Below are positions 1 through 14,702 of a DNA stretch of 64,000 bases, piece by piece. A program made the position numbers and the translations under genes. The first letter of the stretch is position 1, and the number at the start of each line of letters is the position of its first letter. The stretch spans positions 21,464,464 to 21,528,463 of the forward strand of contig NC_043011.1 in the NCBI RefSeq assembly GCF_006345805.1, written 5' to 3'. The stretch is from Octopus sinensis. Taxonomy: Eukaryota. The notes beneath the pieces are model-generated. The model saw nothing but the letters and a program-made list of their open reading frames with translations, made no database searches and had not been told where the DNA came from.

Positions 1-302
1 AGGAGGACGAGGAATAGGAGGAAGAGGAATAGGAGGAAGAGGAATAGGAGGAAAAGGAAGGGGAAGAAGAAGAAGAAGAAGAAGAAGAAGAGGAGGAGGA
101 AGAAGAAGAAGAAGAAGAAGAAGACGAAGAAGAAGAAGAGGAAGAGGAAGAGGAAGAGGCAGAAGTGGCAGAGGAGGAGAAGGAGGAGGAGTAAGAAAAG
201 GAGGAGGACGACGACAATGATGATGATGATGATGATGATTATGGTGATGAAGAAGGCGACGATGACAGCAACGACGACAACGACGGTGATCCTAATGATG
301 AT
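1..302. repeat. Compound (GAG/GAA/GAT/GAC)n microsatellite; many further (TA)n, (CA)n, (GATA)n, (TACA)n, (TAA)n and (CT)n tracts throughout the window
   Basis: Direct inspection. Confidence 0.95.
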
Positions 303-867
303 GTATCTCAAACAAATATCGCTATATAGCAATATGGATTGACTTGCATTAAGATTTACTACTTAATGGTCTCCTGGGAGGAGGGTGGGATGAAAGTGGT
401 TCATGAATTCATAGCACTTCTGTATAATTTCTTCAATAGATTCAATAGATTCTTTGGACATTGCTTTTCTTCTGTGGATAATAATTTAATGATTTCGGCA
501 AGAATCTTGTTTTCATTGAGTCGTCAGCCCAATTGATTAAAAGATTTTGTATTTTAATATTCAAAAGACGTGCTATTAATTAACAGATCAATTGAAATGA
601 GGTCCAGGATTTGATACAAAGGAATTTATGGCATTAATTGAAACTTTACGTCGAGAGATGGGATTAGCAAGTGATTTAGTAATCAAGTATTAGAGGAGAT
701 AATCCAAGCCTGCTCATAGGCAGAATCGTTAGAGCATCGAATAGCATGCTTCTTTGTATTCGTTCCCGTTCCGATTCTTCAATTTGGTTACAAATCCTGC
801 TGAGGTCAACTTCGCCGTTTGTTCCTTCGGGCTCGATGAATCAAATACCTGTTCAATACAGGGATCG

Positions 868-956
<89 letters not shown>

Positions 957-1349
957 TTGTGTACTACAAATATCCAGCTTTGTGACACTGAGTCACGCTG
1001 ATTCGGCCTAGGAATTTTGTTATGTATGTATGTATGTGTATGTAGAATTCTAGGCCTTTTACACGTTAATTTCACTTCTAGGAATCCAGTTGGTGGAACA
1101 ACTGAATGTCCATCGGTGATTTATTTCTTTGGTACCAGGCCACAAACTTGTGGAACGAGATATAGGACTTGTATTTATTTGTTTGCTGCTGCAGCTGCTG
1201 CTTGTTTGTTTGTTTGCTTGTTGGGAGAAGTCCGAAACGTCGTCCTTTGCTATTCGTAAGACCCGCAGAAGAGAAAGCAGGTCAACCCTCGACACCGGGA
1301 GCATCGACGGATGGATGAATGCGCATCCAGGCTCAGCGGTTGTGTAGGA

Positions 1350-1540
1350 AGTCGGGGACAAGAAACAGGAAGAAAGAGTGAGAGAGAGTTGGAGCGAAAG
1401 AGTACAACAGGGGTCGCCACCACCCCCTGCCGGAGCCTCGTGGAGCTTTAGGTGTTTTTGCTCAATAAACACACACAACGCCCGGTCTGGGAATCGAAAC
1501 CGCGAGTCCGCTGCCCTAACCATTGGGCCATTGCGCCTCC
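1350..1540 (-). mobile_element. tRNA-derived SINE family C (also 32200-32399 and 48725-48898)
   Basis: Minus strand GGAGGCGCAATGGCCCAATGGTTAGGGCAGCGGACTCGCGG...TTCGATTCCC; three homologous copies. Confidence 0.8.
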
Positions 1541-2841
1541 TGCTGCTGCTGCTGTTGTTGTTGTTGTTGTTGTTTAGTGCTAATGCCCTTCTTATTGTGC
1601 AAGGGTATTTGGTCAAGGGTATTCAAGCCGTGAACATTCTGCCTTCTATCAATATCCAAATGTCCTTCATTATTTACGACGCTTGGGTGCCATTTAGGGG
1701 GGATTTTGCAGTCATTTATGACAGATAGAACGATCGCTTAGAGTCTCTATTTCTAGCAGGTCGGGCAACTTCATACAGGCTCCTTTGTCTGCTTGTTACA
1801 GATGTTGACAGTCAGCCTTGGTTGATGAGACTTTTCAGCAAACATTCCGTCTTTTATACATAAACTATCCTGGACTGCGTGATTCAGAACCTCCTGTATT
1901 TCACACTTTGTGTGTCCTATGATATTTTCATGACGGCCACGCGTCATATATATGGTGCACATTCCCAATGTTTTTGAACCACTGAAGAGTAACTTGGAAC
2001 TTATGAAAGGAAAGCTTTTACTTGCAAACAAATGCGTTAACATGTGACATTATGGACCGAGGTTACCGTGGTCTTTTCCGTAGGCTTTTCTTTCCACGGA
2101 TAAACCTTATTTGCTTCCCCCTTTACACTTTACATCAGGACATTTCTGTGATACACGACCCCTATTGATCGTTTTATTTTTTTTTTCTCTCTTTTTTTCT
2201 TTCCTTTTTACGATCACTTTTGATCGAAAACCTACCCCGCTTTTTTTCTTTTTCTCCCCAAAAGGAAAAGCTCTACTTTGTAATTTGTCCCGTCTGTGAT
2301 GACCCTGTGTGGCTAATAAAGAAACATTTTATTCAGAACGTATGAAACAAGCGTTAATTAAAGTGAAACAATAGGCATAGACGTTTAAGATAGACGTATG
2401 TAAATGTTTTGCACAGGCAAGGGTTAAAGAAGATTCTTTTCTGCTATTTCTAGCAGGTCCAAGTCACCATGTAGAGTCACCTTGGTTAGCACATGGAGGT
2501 TTTCTCTATTGTGTTGTATTCTGTCTTATCTTACGGTGTAAAGATTCATTCACAAATTAACATTTACAAACAACAAAAGATTATAATTATTGAAAATTTT
2601 TACATTTTTACATTTTCATGATAAGTCTTCGTTTGATGATTTATCAATTAGAGCACATTAGCTGCCATTACTAATTAATAGCGGTGGTGGGGAGGGAGGT
2701 ATAATTTCTGCTTCGTTGTTTCAGATATTACGCAACAACAATGGCGTATTGTTGCTTCTTTCTGTATCTTCAGTGTCCGGCGATTCAATGTGAGCTAATA
2801 CACAAATATTTTCATCATCATCATCATCATTTTATATATAC

Positions 2842-2883
<42 letters not shown>

Positions 2884-3018
2884 GTATGTATGTATAGATG
2901 TATATATACATACATATTTATATAAACATATATATATATATATATACACACATTTATATATATATATATATATACACATATATATATATATATACATATA
3001 TACATACAGAGAGAGGGG

Positions 3019-3113
<95 letters not shown>

Positions 3114-3848
3114 ATTTTTTCACTATTTAGTTCAAGCCTCCCGATATTTTAAGTCGCAAATTAGTCCTGATCAAACAGACATTTGATCAGACATTCCATC
3201 TGTGCCCAACCCTTTTTATTATTCAGACAATAGTGTGCATCTTTCACTTCGTTAATCCAACACGTTTCCTGTCTTCTTTTCGTAAGACAATAGCGTATTA
3301 TTAGATGATGGCTCGGCTGTTATTTCTAGCCAGTTACGAACCACGTAGAATTTAACCAGCTGGCATCACTGTCTCTCTCCATATTTAATTCAATGTATTT
3401 ATTTGTAATTTGTGTGTGTGTGTGTGTGTGTGTTTTAATAAATATATTCTTTGATGAATCCCAGTTCATGAATAAATTAATTGATTGATTGATCGTAAAA
3501 TCAAAATAGAGTATTCTTTGTATCTTAGTGAATCGGAAGGTCTTTATTCCGACAGAGGAAACGAGTGTAAATTTCGTTAGCAAACTCTCTAGAGAGAAAG
3601 CATAATGGTAAAGCATTCTATGATAACAAAACCAATTCCAATCACGTATGCATAGATTTATAACTGTTGTATATCCTCACACTAAGGAATAATGCTGAAG
3701 CAATAGCATAATTGTAACAAGATTATGTTGCTTTAGCTCTTACTTGGCCTTTCCTCTCTCTGTCTTTCTTTCTCTATTTGTTTCTGAATATTTACACGGT
3801 TTTCACTTAATATAAGAATGTGTTCTTTGTAAAAATTTATTTATTTAA

Positions 3849-3944
<96 letters not shown>

Positions 3945-3955
3945 CAGAGAGAGAG

Positions 3956-4033
<78 letters not shown>

Positions 4034-4058
4034 GTAGGTAGGTAGGTAGGTAGGTAGG

Positions 4059-4098
<40 letters not shown>

Positions 4099-4362
4099 CA
4101 GGCACACAGGTAGATAGACAGATAGGAAGATAGATAAATAAATAAATAGAAGGATAGATAGATAAATGCATATGCATATATGTATGTATATATATATTAT
4201 ATATATATATGTATATATTATATATATCATATATATAATGTATTATATATATATAATATATATATTATATATATATATATATTATATATGTATATATATT
4301 ATATATAATATATATATATATACATACATAATACATGCATACATACATACATACATACATAC

Positions 4363-4458
<96 letters not shown>

Positions 4459-4748
4459 TAGATATAGATGCACGTATGTATGGATATCTATGCGTGTTTG
4501 TATGTATGCGTGTGTGTAGAATGAGAGTAGTTTATACATAGGATATTCATCGAGAGTGTCTTCAATTATTAAAAGGGATCCACCATTACTGCCTAACTTG
4601 CTAAAGTTAGCATTCCAAAATATAAGAATTGAGATAAATGTTAGATGATAATTATATTTGCATGGAGCTGCAGGCAGCGGTACTGAAGCTGTCATCTCGC
4701 ACCTGTGGCTACATGAGATTGTGTGTGTGGGTGTGTGTGTGGGTGTGT

Positions 4749-4786
<38 letters not shown>

Positions 4787-5277
4787 GTATGAATCAGTTT
4801 TTTATGCAACAAATAAATGAAGCCCCATTGATAGAGGTTGGCTAAAAAACAAAACGGTTACATCATAAAATTTAGACATAAAATAGGCGTAGGAGTGGCT
4901 GTGTGGTGAGTAGCTTGCTTACCGGCCACATGGTTCCGGGTTCAGTCCCACTGCGTGGCACCTTTTGCAAGTGTCTTCATCTATAGCCTCGTATATTGTA
5001 TATGTCTTGTATATTTTCATTTTTCTGCTTACCGCTTTTATTTGTAACAGGGACTGTTATGTTGAGTTATGTATGTATTTATCTATATAATCATATATAG
5101 GTGTATATGTATTTGTGAATGTATGTATGGATGAATGGATTTATGTATGTATCTATGTTTGTATTTATGTATGCACGTACGTATGTGTGTATATATGTAT
5201 GAATATATGCATGCATGTATGTACAACAGGTGATGAAAAATTTGCTATCTCTCTGTAATTTCTTTCCTGTTAACGTT

Positions 5278-5310
5278 TCTCTGAAGAAGAACTGAGTCCG
5301 AAACGTTAGA
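5278..5310 (+). ncRNA. Minimal hammerhead-like motif (canonical CTGAAGA core, mismatch in stem II)
   Basis: TCT-CTGAAGA-A-GAAC(TGA)GTCC-GAAACGTT-AGA; homologous to 42765-42800. Confidence 0.5.
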
Positions 5311-6791
5311 TTTTCCATTCCGCACGGCAGGGTCACTATACTCTTTTGGTCGAAGGCGGCGAGCTGGCAGAAACGCTAGCACGCCGAGCGAAATGCTTAG
5401 CCGACTTTGCCTTTCATCCTTTCGGGGTCGATTAAATAAATACCAGTTACGCACTGGGGTCGACATAATTGGCCTAATTCCTTTTTTATGTGTCCTTGTT
5501 TGTCCTCTCTGTGTTTAGGACCTTGTGAGTAGTAAAGAAATAGGTATTTCGTCTGCCGCTACGTTCTGAGTTCAAATTCCGCCGAGGTCGACTTTGCATT
5601 TCATCCTTTCGGGGTCGATAAATTAACTACCAGTTACGCACTTGGATCGATGTAATCGACTTAATCCCTTTGTATGTCCTTGTTTGTCCCCTCTATGTTT
5701 AGCCCCTTGTGGGCTATAACGAAATATATACTCTTTTGGTCGATTTTATTTAACAATGTAAGTCTTGCCAATGCAGACCAACTCCAGTCTCTTTGAACTC
5801 TATGTGATCGTATGTATGTATGTATGTATGTATGTATGTATGTATCATTTTATCATTTTATCTAGTTTCAGCTCACGAGCTGTGGCCATGCTGGGGCACC
5901 GCCATTCGGTGTTGCTACATGATTTTACTTCACGTATGCTTTTTAACAATTGACATTTGGTGCATGAGAGAGTTTGATGCAGCTGTTCTCATCTGCACCT
6001 CCTGCCGTGAAGTATGTATGTATGTATGTATGTATGCACACTCTCCTACCCTGATGTAATCTCCAGGGATACAGGCATCCAGCAACAGGACCTCCGTAAT
6101 GCTATGATGGACCGTGAAGTCTGGCGTAGCATGGTAAATTCCATTGTCTCGACCACGGTCGAACAATAATGATGATGATGATGATGATGTATGTACGTGC
6201 GTATGAAATAGATGAGTATAGAAATAAATTTTACGAGGATTTTATAAGTCAATCTTCATCAAGCAGACATTTAATCGTAATCATACGATCAGGTTTATCT
6301 AGCACTACATAATCCTTCATGTCGGTCCTTAAAAAGGAAATTGAGTTTTAGAGAGATTTGATTGCTATTTCTAATATTTTTAGTGACTGCTTAGAGGCGC
6401 CATTATGGGTTCATGGTAATAGCACAGACTAACTCCTCTGACCTGGCCAACTACTACCCTAGTGATATTACTGCCTAGATTTCAAAGGTGTTCGTGACGT
6501 TTCAGTGTTCTCTAACTTTTACATTGACCATATTTACGGTTCCCATAATGGCAGATCGACACTTATACACTTTTGCACCAAAAGGTGGATCACTCTGCTA
6601 TAACCCTAAGACTACATGTATAAGCTCTTTTATTCTTTTTTTTTTTACTCTTTTCATTTGTTTCAGTCATTTGACTCTGGCCATGCTGGAGCACCGCCTA
6701 GTACTTATTCTATCGGTCTCTTTTGCCGAACCGCTAAGTTACGGGACAGATACACAAACATATACACACACATATATATATGTATATATAT

Positions 6792-6848
<57 letters not shown>

Positions 6849-7234
6849 GACAGGCTTCTTTCAGTTTCCGTCTACCAAATCTACTCACAAAGCTTTGGTC
6901 GGTCCGAGGCTATAGTAGAAGACACTTACCCAAGGTGCCACGCAGTGGGACTGAACCCAGAGCCATGTGGTTCGTAAGCAAGCTACTTACCACACAGCCA
7001 CAGGAATAATTAAGAATTAACGATAATAATTGTTTCAAATTTTGGTACATTGCCAGCAATTTTAGGGCAAGGGATTAGTCGATTCCATTGATCCCAGTAC
7101 TTCCTTGGTACTTTATTTTTATTGACCTCGAAAGGGTGGAAGGCAAAGTTGATCTAGGCACGATTTGAAATCAGAACATTAAGAATGGAAACATGTTTTT
7201 TAGACGCTTCTATAAATTCTGCCAGCTCGCCAAC

Positions 7235-7278
<44 letters not shown>

Positions 7279-7577
7279 CGTTTAATTTTGACACAAGGCA
7301 GTACGTTTTGTGGGAAGGGTAAGTCGATTACAGCGACCCCAGTGTTCAACTGGCACTTATTTAATCGTCCCCTATAGGATGAAAGGGTAAAATCAACCTC
7401 AACGAAATTTAAACTCAGGATGTAATAAGCCGGAAGAAATGCCGCTAAGCATTTTGTCCGGCACGCTAATCATTCTGCCGATTCACTACATTGACGACGA
7501 TGTTGACGACGATGTTGATGATGATGCTTATGATGATGATGATGATGATGATGACGACGACGATGATGATGGGGATG

Positions 7578-7626
<49 letters not shown>

Positions 7627-7636
7627 GTTGTTGTTG

Positions 7637-7670
<34 letters not shown>

Positions 7671-9368
7671 CATTTTTATTATTATTATTATTATTATTAT
7701 ATTATTATTATTATTATTATTATTGTTATTATTATTATTGGTTCCATAACGAAATTAACGATATTAATTCCATTATGGAATCAATGATAATAATTTTATT
7801 ATCAATAATATTTTTAGTAATCACATGATGTTAATTTTGTTTAATAATGACATCATTATCTTTCCTGTTTTTTTTTTTCATATTTGATTTACAAACTGTT
7901 ATGGCAGCGGGAAATCATAAGACAAAATGATTAGGGAAAAACTATTTCTTCAATTAATATATTTTCTGGATTCGTGACTTGTTTAGATTTAGTGAGAAAA
8001 ACTTATGGATTACTACTGCTATTATGTACATACACACAAATAAATATAATTACACTGAAACAGCAGCCTACGCTTATAACTGGGTATGTAGATAAGTAAT
8101 GTTATTATTTCCAACTTCAGTAGTCATAAAACACAGTGAACTCCCTTGTAGCGTGAAAATATATGAGCGCTACCAGAGGCTTGTTGGAGGCTTGCACTTC
8201 TGTTCACACATTAATAGTTTCTCATTGTTGAAAAGCTTTGAGAAAAGCAATATTGTTGTCATTATTGCCCACGGGGCGGTGAGGCTAAACATAGAGGGGG
8301 CAAACAAGGACAGAGAAAGGGATTAAGTCGATTACATCGACCGCAGTGCGTAACTTATACTTAATTTATCGACACCAAAAGGATGAAAGGCAAAGTCGAC
8401 CTCGGCGCAATTTGAACTCAGAATGTAACGGCAGACGAAATGCCGCTAAGCATTTCGCCCGGCATGCTAACGATTCTGCCAGCTCGCCGCTCAAGAGAAA
8501 AGCAATATTGTTGTCTTTGATATTGGCTTCAAATTTTGGCTCAAGGCTTGCAATTTCGGGGAAAGAAGTAAATCGATTACATCGACCTCAGTGGTCAACT
8601 GGTACTTATTTAATCGACCCTGAAAGGATGAATGGCAAAGTCGACCTCAGCAGAATATTTTTGCCCTTGATAGTAATGAAACCTTCAATCTACAGCCCCT
8701 TAAAAATCCCCTGCGTATTATACTCAAGGGCGGACTATACTCGAGGATTTACGGTATATACAAACTACTACTTATATACAAGATTTAATTTATCAGTATA
8801 CCTCCTCTTAACTTTGAAGTTCGGATTTGCGTTAAGTTACTACATGAACCTTAACTCTTATAGAAGGTTCAGGATCTTATATCAGTCTTTTAAAACAGGG
8901 GATATTCCCATGTGAGTCTCAGCTTACTTAAAAAGTCAGGATTTCTTATCCACCAGATCACTCATGCAAAAGGGATTTTAGTCCTCAGACTGGATAACCT
9001 GTGCTATTTTGTCAAAACACGAAACATATGTGGTTTTAGCAATCTAACTTGAGTGGATTTCGTATATGGAAAATGAAAGAAGACTATCGTATAAATGTGT
9101 ATATTCCTCTCTGTGTGTGTCTGTATTTGTACCCTCACCATTGCTTGACAACCGATGTTGCTGTGTTTACGTTCCCATAACTTAGCGGTTCCGCAAAAGA
9201 TACTGATAGAAGAAGTACTAGGCTTACAAAGAATAAATCCTGTGGTTGATTCGTTCAACCAACGGCGTTGCCCCAGCATGGCCGCAATCACATGACTGAA
9301 ACAAGTAAAACAATAAAAAAAACTATGCCATTTTAATCCCGAGCAAAGTCGGGTATCTCTCTGCTAGT

Positions 9369-10147
9369 TATTACATGAAAACTCACAGCTTATTTTGCTG
9401 GGTATAATGGAAAGTGTCAACTGTCCACAGCCAGCAGACTAAGGCGACACTTGTTTACTGGTCATGCTTCAAAAACCCTGCGAAGAATTCTTGCAGTTCC
9501 CAGCAATGCTGATTTTTGTAGGCGTTCTACCTTCACACTTGCACCAATCTTTTTCAGCCATGCTGGTAGTTGAGTGCTTATACTTCCAAATGCACCAATT
9601 ACCAAGAATCTTCGTACTTCCCACTTTAAATAGTCATAGTCATTTATTTTTTCTTCTTTTTCCACATTGATCTTGTTGTCACCGGAGCCTGTTATGTCGA
9701 TTATCATACATGTTCTTACATTTTTTTTCACCTCAACAATGTTCGATTTCCGATGTCTTGTCGGGTGATCGCACTGGATCAATGCATCCCACAGGATTTT
9801 GAAATTTTCATTTTTGGTGACTCCTTCTGGAGTTTGTTCATAACACGTCTTTGTTCTTTGTAGGCCGTGATTTCCATAGAGCTCCCAATGGATCATTCTT
9901 GCCACATTCTCATGGCGTCTTTTGTATTCACGTTGTGCCAATTTCGGACATTCTCACCACACATTCTGCATTCGTCGCTATCGGTAGAATTGTCTATTCT
10001 GCACTTCATATAATTGGTCCTTAACACTTATTCCTGAGCTGCGCATATGAGTGCTTCTGTCTCTATCTTCAGGCCATTCCTCCTTATCCATAGTCTTGGC
10101 GTTCACATCTCTTGCAAACTGACCGTACATTTTCTTTTCCTTCCATG
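9369..10147 (-). mobile_element. 5'-truncated R4/Dong-type non-LTR retrotransposon (zinc-knuckle remnant, restriction-like endonuclease, 3' UTR)
   Basis: CRMCGE..CPKLAQREYKRRH, KILWD..IQCD, LQKSALLGTARILRRV; flanked by TAA repeats. Confidence 0.85.
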
Positions 10148-10154
10148 CTTTTTC

Positions 10155-10210
<56 letters not shown>

Positions 10211-10212
<2 letters not shown>

Positions 10213-10570
10213 TGATGCAAACTCATAGATTATTTTGCTAGGTATGATGGAAAGTGTCAGCTGTTAACAGCCAACAGACTAATGTGACACTTTTCTACAG
10301 ATCATGCTTCAAGAACCCTGCGAGGAATTCTTGCAGTTCCAAGCAATGCTGATTTCGTAGGCGTTCTACTTTTGCATTTGTACCAATCTTTTTGAGCCAT
10401 AATGGTAGTTGGGTGCTGATACTTCCAAGTGCGCCAATCACTACTGGTACCACATTTATTCTCCTCATTGACCGCAACTTTCGTATTTCGCACTTCAAAT
10501 CGTCATAGTTCTTCAGTTTTTCTTCTTTCTCTTTGATCCTGTTACCACCAGGACACGTTCTTTCTTTTGT
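10211..10570 (-). mobile_element. Second, shorter R4/Dong-type 3' fragment
   Basis: VVPVVIGALGSI...SALLGTARI; 3' UTR homologous to 9369-9460 and ending directly in (TAA)n. Confidence 0.85.
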
Positions 10571-10583
10571 AATTATTATTATT

Positions 10584-11362
10584 GAGTGAGAGAGCAGTTC
10601 ATGCCATCAAAGTGACACTGGGGTAAAATATACGAAGCCCAATATACCCATCATGACTACCCGTCTGATAAAGGTACACCAGGCACATGCATCACAACCA
10701 TATGTGCGCGACATGGTGATCTTATATCAAGATAAACAGCACATGACCTTGCAGGTGGGGCCCAGTTAGAATTTTCTTCAGGTTGAGTAGCCCATCCCGC
10801 TCAAACGGTCCCTGAATAAGGGTTGTTTAAGGATGTTGAAAGAACCACCCATGTTTCCAGAGGTGAACTATTCAAACCCCAAAGAATCCCTCTCAACACA
10901 TGGCTATGATGCTCCCCCACTACTTCTGCTCGTGATCAGAGATGCACATATCGTCAGCCACTAAGGGACATGCTCAACTGGTTAAGGTCAAACAACTGAC
11001 AAGCAAATCTGTGGTATTGAGCAGAATATTTGCTGTAGCCCATCTTTTATACCAAGACAAAACAATGTACATGATAACACTTCCAATCAGTTAAGATCAG
11101 AAGCCATGAGAGCCACTGCCTGGTACTGCATCAGGGCATGCTCCCCCACTACTTCTGCTCGTGATCAGAGATGCACATATCGTCAGCCACTAAGGGACAT
11201 GCTCAACTGGTTACGGTCAAACAACTGACAAGCAATCTGTGGTATTGAGCAGAATATTTGCTGTAGCCCATCTTTTATACCAAGACAAAACAATGTACAT
11301 GATAACACTTCCAATCAGTTAAGATCAGAAGCCATGAGCCACTGCTGGTACTGCATCAGGGC
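10584..11362 (-). mobile_element. (TAA)n-flanked non-coding repeat (family X) with an internal tandem duplication of about 228 bp
   Basis: Near-identical to 57425-57968; 10909-11137 is repeated at 11138-11362. Confidence 0.85.
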
Positions 11363-11396
11363 ATTATTATTTATTATTATTATATCATTATTATTA

Positions 11397-11447
<51 letters not shown>

Positions 11448-11454
11448 TATTATT

Positions 11455-11489
<35 letters not shown>

Positions 11490-11523
11490 TATTATTATTA
11501 TTATTTATGGGTTTTTCTCTTCT

Positions 11524-11697
11524 TTTTCAAATTTGCTTCCATTTCTTGCCGAGTGTCTTCCCGACTCCTAGGGCAAAGAAACTCATAGTATACATTGGTA
11601 GGCCATTAAACTAAATGGCCTACCAATGTATACTATGAGTTTCTTTGCCCTATGAGTCGGGAAGACACTCGGCAAGAAATGGAAGCAAATTTGAAAA
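11524..11697. repeat. Long hairpin: 84-bp arms, 1 mismatch, 6-nt loop, within (TAT)n
   Basis: 11524-11607 is the reverse complement of 11614-11697. Confidence 0.95.
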
Positions 11698-11729
11698 TAT
11701 TATTATTATTATTATTATTTATTATATTA

Positions 11730-11766
<37 letters not shown>

Positions 11767-13933
11767 GTTATTAAGGTGGCGGGTTACAGAGTCGATGGAG
11801 CATCTAAATAAGATTCAGTTTATTCTCCACGGCCTGAAACTATTTCAGCTTTGATTTCTTTCTAATCTTGTGCTGAGCTCTGAAGCAACACACATTATAT
11901 TGTGTTCGGGCGACACTGTTGTAATGTAGAAAGCCATTCAGTTTTTGCGTTTTACCGTTTACTGTTTACCTATACATTGGTAGGCCATTTAGTTTAATGG
12001 CCTACCAATGTATACTATGCTGGTGCACTGCTATGACGAGTGTTTAGTCGAACAAATCAACCAAGTCTAGTACTTATTCTATTGATCTCTTTTTCCGAAC
12101 CGCTAAAGTTCGGGGACGTAAACAAAGCAACACTGGTTGTCAAGGGATGAGAGATACAAACACAGGCATGAAGACATATATGCGAACAGACACACAGACA
12201 CAAGCACACACACACACACACACCCATACACACACGCGCATACGACGAGTTTCCACATGGTTTCGTTACCTAGATTTGCTCACAAGGCGAGCTTCATAAC
12301 CACTCAGAGATATTAGTAGCAAGAGGCTTATTAAGTAACATGACAGCTGACAGATCAATAAAGAACCTCGCTTTGCGACCACGAAAGTGTGTGCACCTTT
12401 GACAAATGTCATAACCTAAAATATCGACCAATCCTAACGAGTGAAAGTTCATTTTTAGAACAAATGTCCAAGCTTGTATACTGCATGATACTGATAAAAC
12501 ACAATAACTATGACACAGAATTTAAATTTTTTATTTTTACTTTTTTATCTTTGGTCAGTGTTATTTCCTATTTGCTTCTATTTAGAAATCAAAGGAAATA
12601 ACTGTTATTCTCTTCAAACTTTGCTTTTGTGGCCTGGATATCAATGTTTTGAAACTGATCTAATTTCCATTACATTTCACACAGATTCAGCACTGAATTG
12701 CTGAAGCAGAAATATCATTATAGCAAATATTTTGCTCACTACCATAGATTTACTTGTCAATTGCTTGACCTTAACCACTTGAGCATGTCTCTTGGTGGCT
12801 GACAATATATAAATCTCTGATAATAAGCAAGAGTAGTAGGGGTGCATAACAGCCATGTGTTGAGAGGGATTCTTGGGGATTTTAATAAATATCGTAACAA
12901 AAACAAAGTTTGAAGGAAATATTAGCCATTTTCGATACTTTCTAAGGATAAGGTAAGAAGCTTGCTTCGCAACCACGTGGTTCCGGGTTCAGTCCCACGA
13001 CGTGGCACCTTGGGCAAGTGTCTTCTACTATAGCATTGAACCGACCAAAGGCTTGTGAGTGGATTTGATAGACGGAAACTGAAAGAAGCCCATAGTATAT
13101 GTATGTATGTGTGTGTGTGTGTGTGTTTGCCCTGCCATCACCACTTGACAACCGGTGTTGGTGTGTTCACAGCACCGTAACTTAGCAGTTCGGTGAAAGA
13201 ACCCGATAGAATAAGTACCAGACTTTAAAAATGAATACTGAGGTCAATTCATTCGACTAAAAATTCAAGGCGGTGACCCAGCATGGCCGCAGTCTAATGA
13301 CTGAATCAGATAAAAGATAGAAGACAAGTAAATCGGAAATAGCAGTTGCTACCCAAGGACAGAAATCGTGTTACACAGTGTAATTGTATCAAGGAGTGAG
13401 TTTGTGAAATGAATTAAGAGTAAAAGTGTCAGTGGAATATTCAACCACTTACATGTTAATTTAATGAGGTGGGTGGTTCCGTTGACCGAACAACTCGATA
13501 CCGATCGTGGAAACCGACGGAGATCCATATTCTTCCAAACTAAAATATCACAACTACTACTGGTTTACAAGCATGCTAATTGTAGCGCCTGTAATATATA
13601 CTTTAATATATAATTACCTTCATTCTTCCCAAATAACAGCTGTATACTACCATTTCTGTCTGAACCTATTGAATTAATCCTATATCGCTCTGTTTCCTTC
13701 TGTACATTGTTACTCGGAATCTAAATCCCGTATTGAATATGGCTAAAAAACAATTATCTTAGAGCTGCGGACCATAACAATTCCCTCTCCACTCATATTT
13801 ATATTTTTCCTGCGCCCAAAGATCAAAAGAAGTCGAAATTGAGTATCAATCAAATAAATATCAGCTGTTTAGAAAAGCCTACATCTATTTATCTAGCCAG
13901 CTAGCTAGCTAGTTGTATCTAACTATATATCCA

Positions 13934-13985
<52 letters not shown>

Positions 13986-14461
13986 TAAAAGAAATAAAAC
14001 ATATGCGTATATATAAACATATATGTACGTACCTACCTCTACATGTACATATACACGCATATATGAGTACAGGACACCAAAGGGACGTCGAACACATAGA
14101 GAAACGAAAACATAGACACAAACCAAAGGAACATGACATTTTTTTAAAAACAACAAAACAACGAAAAAAACCCCTTCTTCAGTCGCTAAGGTTTCATCTA
14201 CTCTACGTTTCGAAGGATAAAAGCGAGACGTATCTTCGACAAGAAACTTTCCTTCCTGCGAAAAGCAAATCAATTAAAATTCTGAGATCTTTTCGCAGAG
14301 GGGTAAAAAATGGTACAAAAATATAGACAGTAAAAAAAAAATATATATAACAGTAAAAAAAAAATATATATATATATATATAACAGTAAAAAAATATATA
14401 TAACAGTAAAAGACAGGACAGGGAGAACAAGATAAGAAGGGCTGTTATATATATATATATG

Positions 14462-14501
<40 letters not shown>

Positions 14502-14534
14502 TATATATATATATATATATATAATATATATATA

Positions 14535-14579
<45 letters not shown>

Positions 14580-14582
14580 ATA

Positions 14583-14702
14583 TACATACAAAATTAAGAG
14601 GAATGACAACTAAAGTAGACACCCTATATGTTAAACATAGACGTCTATGTCTAGCATATAGGGTGTCCACTTTAGTGGTCATTCCTCTTAATGTTGTATG
14701 TA
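14583..14702. repeat. Spacerless palindrome, 60-bp arms, 5 mismatches
   Basis: Centred on GAC|GTC at 14642/14643, adjacent to (TA)n. Confidence 0.93.

Noticed and set aside
1-302. Possible acidic poly-Glu/Asp coding exon
   Set aside because: Compound triplet microsatellite with in-frame TAG/TAA and no link to the aminopeptidase frame.
1771-2043. 90-aa non-repetitive minus-strand ORF
   Set aside because: No recognisable motif or exon structure; probably a decayed transposon fragment or a chance ORF.
14160-14250. Minus-strand TCGAAGA...GAAACGTA and CTGAAGA motifs
   Set aside because: Possibly a decayed hammerhead, but the stems cannot be drawn convincingly.
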